Position numbers and translations under genes: made by a program. The notes beneath the pieces were generated by a model. The model saw only the letters and a list, made by a program, of their open reading frames with translations. It was not told where the DNA came from and did no database searches. DNA of 64,000 nt from Pelomyxa schiedti (Eukaryota > Protista > Evosea), in NCBI GenBank assembly GCA_020536535.1, contig JAHLWZ010000016.1, forward strand, positions 1 through 64,000. The letters are read 5' to 3'. Below are positions 48,379-60,602 of the stretch, in pieces (the first letter of the stretch is position 1; each line of letters opens with the position of its first letter).

Positions 48379-49789
48379 TCAGGAGTGTAGCCAGAGAGAC
48401 ATTTTGTGGTCATAGAAAGAGCAGCTAGAGATGAGGTGTTGGCCCTCGTGCTGCTGCGGGCACCAGTCGACGCCATAGGCCAGGGAGGTGTGGGGCAGGC
48501 GGTACTCGGCCACGCACGAGAGGGTGTTGTTGCTCTCGCGGAGCTGCCACATGGAGTAGCCGTTGCCGGTGCACGCGGCCAGCAGCAGGTCGGGGTTCGT
48601 GGGGTGCCACTTGAGCCGCCATAGCCCGCCCCCGGCCCCGGTCGACGACGCCAGGGGGATGGAGTTGTGCCGCTGGTCCCACAATTCAATCGTCTCGTCG
48701 TAGCTGTGGTGGGTGGGTGGGTGTGGTTCGTTGGTTTTTTTTCGGCGGGGGAGGGGTTTGGAATGGGAGTAGAGTACCTGCCTACCGCAAGAAGTGGCAG
48801 GGTCGGGTGGGCTCTGATGGATGTCACTCCCATATCTTTCCTGGGTTTGTTTTGTTGGTGAAAACTCATTAGGGGACGAGAGTACTTCTTTGTAAAGACC
48901 ATTTGTTGGCGGGGACCTCTAATATCCCAGCACTTTAGTTTGCAATCGTCACCGCCTTGTGTTGTCTTTAGAGGGGCCGTGGGGGGCAAGTGTCATACCA
49001 GTATAAACAATATTCTTGTCTGTGGCATGGCTGGCAACAATCCATGCTTGCCAGTCGTGAGCATTCCACTCCACCAACTTGGTTGGTCCCGTGTCTGTAA
49101 GCTTGTGGATTGACACAAACCCATTCCCTTGACTGCAAGTCAAAGTAATGTCATCTCTGTGAAGAATATGACGAAGAGAACACAGGCTTGAAAGCCATTT
49201 ACCCACTCTTAGGGGGAAGACAATCTACGGAAAGCAACATATCCACAGGTTGGCTCTCTGTCTTGTGCACTATTTCCATGGTGTGTGTCTCGGTGTTGGG
49301 GCCAAGCACAACCAAACTTCCATCTGAACAGCCAGAAACTAATATCCACTTCTGCGTTGTCTTTATCCTTGATCCATAAAATGAAGTTGGTATTATATAT
49401 ATTACAACTTCTCGACATTTATAGGATTTGGGGAAGAAAAAAACCAAAAAAAAAATGAAAAGGAAGAAACGAAAAGGGAAGGGTGCAATTGCACACCATT
49501 TCATATCCAGAATGGCAGGCGTGGTGACTCGTTGCACTTCCCTTACCGCGCACGTGCTTGGGCACACTTCGTAAAACAACACTCGGCCAACTTTACCCCT
49601 GTCACCATCCAACAGCATATACGTCCCACAAGCCAAATAGGCATTCTCACCGCCGCCTGCTCTTAGTCAGGCCATTCCAAAAAAAAACCAACAAATACCT
49701 ATGCAAGAAGCCCCTTCAGGACAAAACTCGACGCAGTCGGCCGGCATGTCCGTGTCGTGCTCCGACACCACCCTGCTGTGTGAGTTCAT
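48379..49789 (-). CDS. DPH7: Diphthine methylesterase DPH7/WDR85
   Basis: PADCVEFCP, LACGTY, AILDMKW, AHDWQAWI, YTGGDDCKLKCWDIR, MGVTSI, GGGLWRLKWHP, SLAYGVDW, SCSFYDH. Confidence 0.92.
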
Positions 49790-49960
49790 GGTCGAGTTTT
49801 AGATCAAAACTGCTTCGGTGAACTGTTCTCGTTGTTGAGTTCCGGGGAGTTCATGGTGTGGGCACGTGCTCTAGCAGTGCGAAATCTCTCTGTGTGGTGA
49901 AATTTCCAGGTTCCCTGTGGGTCGTTTGGACAATCTGAAGAAATCAAACGTCGTTTGGTG

Positions 49961-52900
49961 ATGAATCTGGTGGTAGGGTGCGGAGAGCCGTTGTACCACG
50001 GGGCAAGTGCTGCCTCCCCGAAATCAATTGTGGGTGTTGGCTCACCTATGCTCTCGCCCATTGCCGTGTCCATGTCGGTAGTCATCAAGGGTTTCCTCTG
50101 CGAAACAACAATCACCTCAGAATTTGTCCCACTTTCGAGTTTAAGTCAAGCCACCTCCTGGGATCCAACAGCAAAAACATCACCAAACACAACAACATTG
50201 AGAACTGCGAATGGAGATGGGACTGCAACTGCAAATGCAATTGGAGATGGAATTAAAATTGGGACTGGGGAAGAAGATGCAGCAGAGGGTGTTGTTATGA
50301 TGAACTTACCAAGGCGTGGGACTGTGTGTGGTTTCTCGTTGGATGTTGGTGGTGGCACTTTTTTGGATGCTGTTCCAGTAGAGAAGGTTTGTATTGACTG
50401 GACTAATTTTAGGTGTTGAGGACTTTTTTCTTTTTTTTTTTTTTTTGACAGGATAGAGCAAGGGTATCTTTTGAGTCAGAGTTGAGAGCAAAGTCACAAC
50501 AAACGCAAGGTGTGGCAGAACATGTTAGGGGAAACGTTTTCCGCATGAGAATCAGTCCTATTCCACGTGACAGACCTTTCATTGTTAAGGTTGTCAGATT
50601 CAGGGGAATCAGGGAAGAATGTTCTCACATTCTATTTTCACAAGGTCGTCATTGCTTCGGAATTGGAAGAAGGGAACGAAAGAGACACTTTCAACTTCCC
50701 ATTTGATACACATACTCCCTGTCAGTCGTTTTACTTGAAAGTCGTCCTACTTACTATTGTTTTCAGCACTTATTAGAACAGGTTTGCACCGATGTGGACT
50801 CCAAATTCTATTTACAACCTCTTGTGGAACCAACTATGGCAACACTACTCCACGGAGACATGACATTCAAGCTCATTACAACCGAGAGTTGGTCTTCTTT
50901 CTTCAATGCCTTTGCAGCTCATCCATACAAGATTCAATCACCCGATACGAAGCAATGGTTATAGCGAACAATATCCAACTACCTCGGCTCTTTTCAATTG
51001 ATTTCCCGAGAGCAATGCAGCAAAGTACAGCTGTTGTGGGAGGGTCAAGCTCCCAGGAAGAGGAATCAAGTTTCTTCTGCGTGAAAATTCAAATGCCTTT
51101 TTCTTCCTGTGTAAGGCCAAAGGTACAACCGGTGATCAATCCATATCATCGACAACTACTACAGGCATCCAGTGTTGGGATCATATGGGATAAATCTCTG
51201 AGCAGACAATATTTCACTCAAATAAGGTCAGTACCCTCTCATGCCATTTTTTTACAGCTCCCTAGATCACTCGAGCTTCTGAGAGAGATATTCCGTTACG
51301 AAAGAAATGTCACCAAGTGGCTGCTGCACTTCCTTGACACGACAGTGCATTCTCCAATTATTGTGACAGTAACTTCAACTACAGTTTAACACATGGGACT
51401 CACCCTGTTGCAGGACAGCAGTGATTTAGAAAAAAAAATTTCGAATGCAGTGTTCGAAGGTGCCACAAATTTGGCCTCCATCCAAAATATCTCCCCAGTT
51501 ATCTGCGACTATTACGTTCTGTTTTCAGATGGGTTTTCCACCTGGGGTGAAACAGTACTTTTCTTAATTTCAGTATGTTCAAGTTGACCCTTTCCAAGAA
51601 CTGGTCTTGTGCCAGCTTTTCCAAGCCAATATTCACTGTAACTTGTGAGACACAATCAGACCATAATATGTTGGAGAAGATTGCCCAGTCTACCGGAGGG
51701 GTCTTCTTTGATTTTACTGGCAGCAAAACATATCTGTCTGCTAAGTCAATCCTTTCCTAGAACTAACAACCTCAAAGGGAATTCTTGCCCCTTATTCGAA
51801 ATGTACAGTACCGATTTGTTGGGTGCCAATACAACACAAACCAAATAGTCGATGTTATTCCTGAGGAGCCATCTTCTTTCAGCAAGTCTTTTGTCATTGC
51901 AGGACAACTGCCAATGCACAGAGATGCTGGTTTAACCCTTTCTTAATTTGGATGTGTTCAACGCGCGGTAGTGTCTATTAAAATCGATATCTTGGACCCG
52001 ACAACCCAAAGTGTGATATCGAAAGAGGCCATTTTACTCCCAACTCAAGATAGAAGTGGAATTGGTGTGTATTCCAAATGAAGGGTACTGCAGTTCATTT
52101 CCACAAGTTTCAAGATTTTGGGCCACAAAAAAGGCACACTGTCTTTTACTTCACAGTGCCTCTGCCAGTACAGAGACAGACATAGTTGCACTCGCAAGAA
52201 AATACCAGTCAATCCTTCTCGCCATCCCATAAGATAACCCACTTATAGTTTTGTCTCTTCCACTGTTTCACTTCTTCTGCTCACAACATTGGACCAAGTA
52301 GTCCTTCAAGGTTTCATCCTATTTCACAAAATGGAATAGTTTTTGAGATATAATGTCGAACCTCCTGCCCAGTACACGCAGTTACGTGCACAATTTCATT
52401 TGAAGATTGCACAACAGCAAGTGAAGAGAGTCTTGGGTTCACTCACGTTTTTACAACTCCTAGGCTCTAAATCTAAAAAAATCCGAATTGAAATTTGCCA
52501 ATACTTTAAACATGTGGAAGCGCAAACACCAACTGTGGTGGACTAAAGCATACAATACTTTGACGCCTGTATCTCGCTACACTGCACAGTTATCTTCTAA
52601 GAATAACAATAGCAACCAATCTGGCGTAGTTTCTTGAAGTATGAGTATACAGAAGATCAGTGGGGAGACCCCCAACTTTCCTGTTTCCCTGAAGTTCTGA
52701 AAATCAATGAGGACACCGAGGGAGCACAGCTCGCATCCTGCAATGCTAATGGTCTTGTATTGCAGGGGGCTAACCGGCAACCTTCCTTTCTTAGTTTTCT
52801 CCGACACCATTCCAGTGTGCAAAAGCTGCGCTTCCAGGAACCAGCACATTTTGTACATCGATCACACATAGGCTGGGACCCTGAGCCCGAACACCACATT

Positions 52901-54951
52901 TCAAATAATGAGGATGATAACGAGGAAGTCAATGATGAGGGTACTCAATCCTGGGCTAATCTTGAAACCGATGAAGCAGAGGGCAGCGATATGGCACAGT
53001 CTGGTGCAGATTTTGAATTGTGCTCCTCAGATAGAATATTTCCTGAAGGAGATTCCCTGGGTACTTATGAAGAGGAAAGAGGTGATGAACTTGTGCAGCT
53101 TGAGCCTGGAGGAGAACCATTTGGCTGTGAAGACAGTGAAATAGGTACAACTCCAGAAGTCTCTATTGCCTCAAGTGATTTTCCTGTGCTCGAAAATGTA
53201 TGAGAAACCGCATGTCCAAGTTCAAATATCGAAAATAGGCTCCCATTTGGGCGGCTGACTCTGCTTCTCCAAGTTGTACTATTTGCTTCAAAAACTTTAG
53301 CATCATGCACCGAGTAAGCTCATAATGCCACATATTAAAGATATCTAACTATGAATGTAGAGACATCACTGCAGAGCTTGTGGTCTTTTTTCCCGTTGTA
53401 TTCCAACTTGATTTTACCCATTCTCAACAGGTTGTTTGGTATGTACTGCATGCACAGCTCGGACAACAGGGGAACGCATTTGCCTTAACTGCATACCCAA
53501 GCAAGCCGAAAAACATATACCACCACTTGCTTTCTCTGTAGATCTTTCTTCTCAACCCACAACCCTTGGCGTCTCTAACTGTGATCAAACTTACTTGAAA
53601 CTTTTACAAGTGCATAAACTTTTTATATAAGCTGTGTACTTAGGTGACCAATAGGAACAAAAACCAGTTGTTGCACCTATCTTTTTTGTAAATGCCGCTC
53701 TGTCCGTTGTAAAAGATCAACAATTAGCAGTAAGGTGTTCCAACTTACTGTACTAATGCCTTTAATATCTAACTTTTGTAAGGATAATAAGTAACCTTGC
53801 CGACATTGAGCTTGATAATTCATGTCTACTACGTGTTAGTGCGGCTATTTGTGAACAAATAGGAGATATTAAGTGCCTCGCCCAATATCACTCTTCTTCT
53901 TACAAATTCTAGTTGTGCTGTTCACCTTTACGAAAGGGCGATGACACTTAGATCAGAAGAACCCCAGGTACATGGATCGTGTAAATGTTATTTACCCCGA
54001 GAAGACATATCGTGATCTTGCATTGGCACTATGCCAGCTTAAGCCGATTTGTAGTGGTATGTTTTATTTGCACTTTCACCCCTTAATGCATTGAAGAAAA
54101 CTTGGGAAGGGCGCTACGCCTCTTGAATACTATTTTGGAGAAAGGTGAAGTCTCCTTTACATCAATGTACTCAACCACTGATATCAATCGACAGAATGGG
54201 ACACAAGGTTTTCTGGAATTGAGGCCGTTATCTTTATGGTTGACCTACTGGCAAGTATCATTTTCCAAACATAAAATACAGGATCTCAACGCCATTTGGA
54301 TGCAAGTTTTACAAAACCAGTATGAGATTCCCATTTATTTGCTCTTCTCTAAAATTCATAGCATGGAGGCTACGGTGTCCCATTCAGTTTTCCCGCAGTT
54401 CCTCTGGGAACCTATGGATGTTGACATAAGAATTGTATTGACCTGGTGAGGCTTATCCCTACTGACTAGAACTCAAAATATTAGGGATTGTGATAACACC
54501 AACGTGGTATTTTTCTTTAGTGATACACAACTGAGTTTACAAGTGACACCTAAAGGAATTGTTGGTTGAAGAACCGAGTGGTGAGCGGTGCTATTGCTTT
54601 AACAATCAAACCAAATCAGGAGGTCCCTCAGTATTCCCTCTTATAGAATCCAACACACTTGCAGGAATACTCAGCCGAGACTCCAGTTGTTACGGACCAG
54701 TGGAGTATGCATGCCGCCAAGCACTGCCCGGGTCATACAAGATTTCTTCCAAACTTTTTCACACTCCACTTCCGTGTGTCCCACATCCGATATTATCTTG
54801 CTCACTTTTTATCCAAAGGGGCAAACAAGTAGTCGCCACTGTCCACCTCTATGTCGATTTTGCTCGCCCCAAACAACAGTTGTGGGTTACATCGTGTGTT
54901 TTATCGCAACCCGGCAAAGAATTCCTTATGGCCACTCTATCACACTTCTAA
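49961..54951 (+). CDS. VIT + vWA-like + FYVE + TPR + DUF2135(YfaP)-like protein
   Basis: VIT: EG..MNLP..GTVCGFSLDV...DAVPVEK.RARVSFE...GNVFRMRISPIP. vWA-like: IIWDKSLSR, FEGATN, LFSDG. FYVE: WAAD..CTIC..RRHHCRACG..VCTAC..RICLNC. C-terminus: [29 protein letters not shown]...YGPVEY...ALPGSYKI. Confidence 0.85.
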
Positions 54952-54997
54952 ATTCTATTTGATACACCTGAATTTAACAAAACATTTTGTAATTTTC

Positions 54998-57900
54998 CTA
55001 TAATTTACAAGCAGTTTGCACCACCTTTGCTCTCTCCTCTTCTCTGTTTGCTGATGATTTCCCCAGCAAGCCAGTGAAGTTCAAGTTGGGAACAAAACGG
55101 CGTGAGAGTTTTGAAGGTGATGAGGGGATAACGATGGTTGCGTTTGGCCCCCTTGAGGCAGCTGGTGGTGAGAGTCTGCCGGGTGATGGTGATGGCGATG
55201 GGGATGTTGCCGGTGGTGAGGAGGAGCCGAGGATTGGATTGGGTGCTAAGGTGGTGGAAGTGGAGTCACAGGTGGGTGATGTGGTGTGGGTGTGCTTGGT
55301 TGTGGATGATAGTGACCAAACTCTCAAACGCTTGTCCCTTCCTCCGCTGTAAATTGCTCCATGGTCAGACTGAACACACAAAACAGAACTTTCAGACTCA
55401 AGGCGGCGGAGGCAGCGCTCACTGTGTATGTCCCAGAGCTTAAGGACCTTGGCGTGTGTTATTGGTGGGTATATATTACTTTGATTGACTACCTTGTCTT
55501 TCCCACAAGAAACGACTTTGACATCGTCAAATGATAATCCGTAGACGGGAGCGCCAGAGTAGAAAGTTTTGGTGCACTGAGTATGCTTGAGATCCCACCT
55601 GTGGATGAAGCCATCAAGTCCTCCACTTATGAGAACATTGTCCCCGGCAACATGTTGGAGGGTTGTCACATCACCCTGGTGTCCTAGTTGATATTAGAAG
55701 GGAATCAACCCGCCGGTTATCAACCTGTGAGTTGCGATATTTGTTGTAAGTTTGGGGTTCGAGGGTCCCAAAGTCTTATCAACCCATCTCGGTAACCAGC
55801 TGCAATTACATCACTGTGGAATGTAACGCTAAGAGGAGCAGTCTCCAGTTTTGTTCCAAGCGTAGAAAGGGCAGTTAGAGTCTGCAAATCCCAGAGCACA
55901 AGCGTGGTATCTAGGGATCCTGTTACCAACCTAGTGCCATCCACAGAGAGACAGGTAACACTTCCTTTGTGTTTACCAATAATCTGAATTGGTGAGATAA
56001 AGAATTAAAGTAACAAAATATTTAAGGTATTTACCTGGGAGTCTCTCTTTGTCTGGCAATCTGCATTTAAGTACCAGATTCTTATAGTTTTATCTTCGGA
56101 GCCACTACGCAGCAAGTTAGTGATAAAGGGAGGTTCAAACTGATACCTCAAGAGTGAATAGCCTGAACTCTCTGATGTAACAAAATCAAGACATGTAACG
56201 GTACCCCGATGTCCGGTTATAGTATTAACACTCCGAGTTTTTTTCAAATCCCAAATCTTGGAGTTGTGATGACGTGTATGAAGATGAAATAGATACCTTA
56301 ATATTTTTATCTCTACTGCCAGTGAATACACGGGGATCGCGGGTGTAATTGCACCGTATAGCAGTGATGGATTTTGTATGACCCTTGAACACAAAAGGTA
56401 TTATTTCCTTTGCAGCCCATGCATGCTGGTTGCAGACATAATTTGTAAACATAGCTTTCCAGGAATTATCTACAAGAGTTACTTACTGGCATAAAAGATA
56501 TGGAAAGAAATACCTTTTACAATTACTGTATTCCAATAATCAAGGCAAACAAGTTGCCAGATATTGTCGTCCTTAAGGACTTGAGCCCATGTACGACAAA
56601 CCTTATTAGTTGTAAAAAGGTGGGTAATAAGCACAAACTCACCTGGGGAAGCCGACGTAAGTCTGCAACCGATAAAAACTTAAGTATTGCTACGATAACC
56701 CGAGGTGGGAGGTTTTCCAGAAGGAACAGTGGATGAGCAAGTACCATGACAGGTGATGGTGCTACAGACACAGACAACTGTGAGGGTGATGGAAGTTTTG
56801 GGAAGGAAAGTTGCATTACATCTAGTTGATGGGAGTGCGAATGCTGCCGCTGATGTGAGTGCGAGTGTTGGTGCATGTGGGTATGCTGATGCTGATGGAC
56901 GGTGGAATGTTGTTGGTGTTGCATGGGAGAAACGGAAACCAGGACTGTTGAGGGGGCAGAAAGATCTGTTGGGACTTCTGGGGTTGGAATACTTGCAGAA
57001 GCAATGGACAGCTCTAGATTGGACAGAGAAAGAGTAGATTTTATCCTCTCCATGGTAAGAAACGGGTGTTTGAGAAGTTGCTGTGCGGTCGGCCTTTGGG
57101 TTGGATCTCTGTAAGTAGTTTTAATACAAGAAAAAGAAGTTGGGAAAAGGAAAAAGACCGTTGAAGGCAGGTATCCAGAAGCTGCTGCAATTGAGGCGAC
57201 AAGTGGGAAGGTATATGCAGAGGGGTGTTTGTATTGCATATGAAGTGCATTGCCTGTGTAGGATCTTTTTCCCCATCATTAAGTAAACAGGGAAAAATCG
57301 GGAATAACAAACTTGGGTATTGCTGACTCCAAGGTGGCTTCCCCGTTACCATTTCTACAATCGTACACGCTAGACTCCATATGTCAGCAGACCTAGAGAG
57401 GTAAGGAAGTTGAAAAATTTAAAATGCCTCATACGGCCCATGGCCTTCTGCAAGCATAACTTCTGGTGCCTAAAATAGCTTAAATAGGAAAAAAAATGAA
57501 ACACAAAAGTACCATCCAAAAAGGGGTTCCGCGGACACTGTTTGGTTGGGACTGTGCAATAGTGTCTACAAAATGATTACGGTAAAAGAAGGTATGGAAC
57601 AGAAATACCAGTAATGTTCCTGGAGCATCCAAAGTCAGACAACTTAACATTTTCCCTCCCAACACCGGTGTCAAGTAGGATATTGGCACACTGCAGAGAA
57701 GTGAGTTCAATGGAGACTACAGAAAACAGAGAAATAGCACCTTGATATCTCGGTGAAGTATGTTATTCTGATGGAGATATGATAGTCCATGTAACAGTTG
57801 TTTTGTATATGATCGCACCATATTTTCAGAGAAAGGACCAAATTTAGAAAGAATCGAGCTCAGTGAACCACCACCCACATACCTTGAGAAGTTAAGACTA

Positions 57901-60436
57901 ACAACCTTCACACTTAACATACTCCATGAAAATGTTCAACATCAAGCCATCAATTGTAGCCCCAAGGTATTTAACAATATTTGGGTGATCCAGGGTCTTC
58001 ATCAACTGAATCTCGTGATCATAGGATTTCAGGAGCTTTTTTTTTTAGGGAAAAAAGATGTTGCTGACTGAAGAAAACCTGTTGTGCATTTTCATCAGAG
58101 ATGTTTTCCATTTCAATCTGTTTCACAGCGAAAATCTCACCAGTATCTTTGTTCATACCCAGATAAACCGTGCCAAAGCCACCTCTTCCTATTCTGTCCA
58201 TTTTTTTCCAGTTTTGTAGTGCTGTTGCACACTTGGGTACAACAAGGTTTCGTATCTAAAAAGGAAAGTAAGCTTTTGAAAAAAGGTAAAGGTGCCTAGT
58301 ACCTCAGTTGGGTTTCTTTGGGGGTGAGTAGGCGGAGTGAGAGGCGAAACTGGTGGTGGAGGGGAAGGAGAGGAGGTTGGTGAAGGTGATAAAGATGGTG
58401 TTGGAAGAGGAGATGGTTGTGGAGAGGGCATTGAAGAAAGTTCAGTGTTATCAGTCAGTGCCTCTTGGTGCTTTGGGGAAGATGGGGGTGTCTTTTCTGC
58501 CCCTCTATTGGGTTTCTCAAGTCTGGGTGGGGTCCTTGTATATTCTGGTCTTATCGGACTTTCATCAAATGGGAAGTCCGAAGACTCGGCACTTCCATCA
58601 GTCTCAGCTTCTCTTTCGTCATTCTCAGTTTCTCTTTCCTCCGTTTCTGGATCACTTGTTGACGGAAAATCTTTGTTGTTTTCACTTTCACTTGAGTCAG
58701 TACTTCCTTCATCATTGCTGTCATCACTACTCAGCCTTTTCGCGGCAGAATCACTCAGGTCACTGTGCCTAGCTTTGCCACATTCTCTTCTTTGCTGCCA
58801 GTTTTTATCTGGAGATGCAAAATTCGGATAGCCGGAGGGGGGAGTGAACAGAGCAGAAGTACAAGATGCCGCATGTGTGTGAGATCGCCTGCGTGAAAAA
58901 TGTGCGGCAGTTGTTTGAAAAGGTACTGGCAGTACAGAACTTTGTAGTTGCTGAACTGTCTGATTTTGGGAGTTTTCATTGGACATTTCACTTCTGTATG
59001 GCCGGATAAACGAAAATCTATCTGGGGGTGTCCACATTCTCTTTGCAGGTGTATTATCAATAATTTGGACTGCGGAAAGGGAAGGGTGCATTTCACTGCT
59101 ATCATTGATGTTTACCCCTGCTACTCTGGGGCTATTTTCTTCTCGGGAGGATTTTCGGTGAGGTTTCTTTTGCCGAGGTGATTCTCGTGGAGAATGGTGC
59201 GACGTTGTTGGGAAAGGCTGAATTGCAATAGGAGTTGGCAATGACGCTCTGGAATACTTGTTGTGCGTATGGTGTGAATGTGGGTGATGCTCGTGGGTGA
59301 GTTGTTGTGGTGTAGAAGACCGGTTAGAATGATATTCAATTTGAGAAGTCTGGGATGTGAAGTGTGTTAGTATTTGAGGTTGCGATTTTGCCTGAAGAAG
59401 GGGTTGAAGTGAGATTGATGCTTGTTGATTCTGGGGGAGCGGTAGTGGTGGAGGTGGGATTTGTACTGGTGGTTGTATTAGTAAAGTTGGGAATTGTTGG
59501 TGATGTTGGTCAGAGGCTTGGTGCCCATGGGTATGGTGGGTGTGAGAGTGATGTTTTGACGAGTGTCCAGTATGCTGGTGATGGTGATGCTTGGACCCAC
59601 TTTCACGTACTGAGGATGTAGACGTGAGTGATACGGCTGGTGCCCGTGGCTGCGAGCTGCGCAACAGGTTTTGCTGTTGGATGGCCTGAGAGGGGGAAAT
59701 GACAGAAGCGAACGCACTCCCTCTCGCATCTCTGCTCACAGATTCATCCCCCACAAGCTCAATTTGTTCCACACCTCCTTCACTGCCCTCAGACGAATTT
59801 AACTGTTCCAGTGTGGAGTCACGATGAACCGACTGCGACATGGAGGTGGGAAGAGGTGCACGTCTATAAAACTCGGCTGGATCCGACTCAGAACGTGTCC
59901 TATTGTGAAAAGAATAAAAACCCAACGAGGTGAGCTCTCGAAATCATTAAATGTGTAATCGTTCTCACCTCATTGGTGTTCGCTTGAGATACACCTTTAA
60001 GGCAGACACATCATTTTTTCTTCTTCTAGCCTTCTGGTGAAGGTATACCAAGATGGCTTCCTCCAGCCATGAACTCCCAGTGCCAACAGTTACAATGTCG
60101 TGTTCATTATCCTCATACCTTTCATGCACAAAAAAAAAAGTCAAAACAAGACAGAGAAAGAAAATAATGGCATACTGGTACACGATAACGGCTTCCCCAA
60201 AAACGCGGCACATTTGATTAACAACAGACGCCTCCGAGGCGTCACGTCGTACGTGTATTACGTGAATGACGTTATCGAGGTAACATTTCAGCCGCACCTA
60301 CAGAGAAAAAAAAGGGGGGGAGGGAACGCGCACTTGCGTTATTTCGTTTCGGAGGGTGTGTTACAGTGTCGCGTAGGTGGTTGATGAGTGATGTGCCAGT
60401 GTGGGTTGTAGATCTCACTGCCTTTTCATTTGCCAT
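54998..60436 (-). CDS. STE11/MEKK kinase with N-terminal PB1-like domain, F-box and C-terminal WD40 (Dictyostelium MEKKalpha architecture)
   Basis: VRLKCYLD...[11 protein letters not shown]; [26 protein letters not shown]; HRDIKCANILL; DFG; RGTPFWM; [21 protein letters not shown]; multiple WD repeats. Confidence 0.92.
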
Positions 60437-60602
60437 CTCGTTACGGTGCCGTGTACCTCGTGGGTTTTTTTTTTTTTCTTTTTGTTTGCTTTTTTTTGAT
60501 CTTCTTGTTCCACTTCGCCTTTCGCGAACGTGGAGGCACGAACGACACAGGCAGAAGTGATCCAAAAAATCCGCCGGCACTCAGTGCCAATCTAATAATC
60601 AA

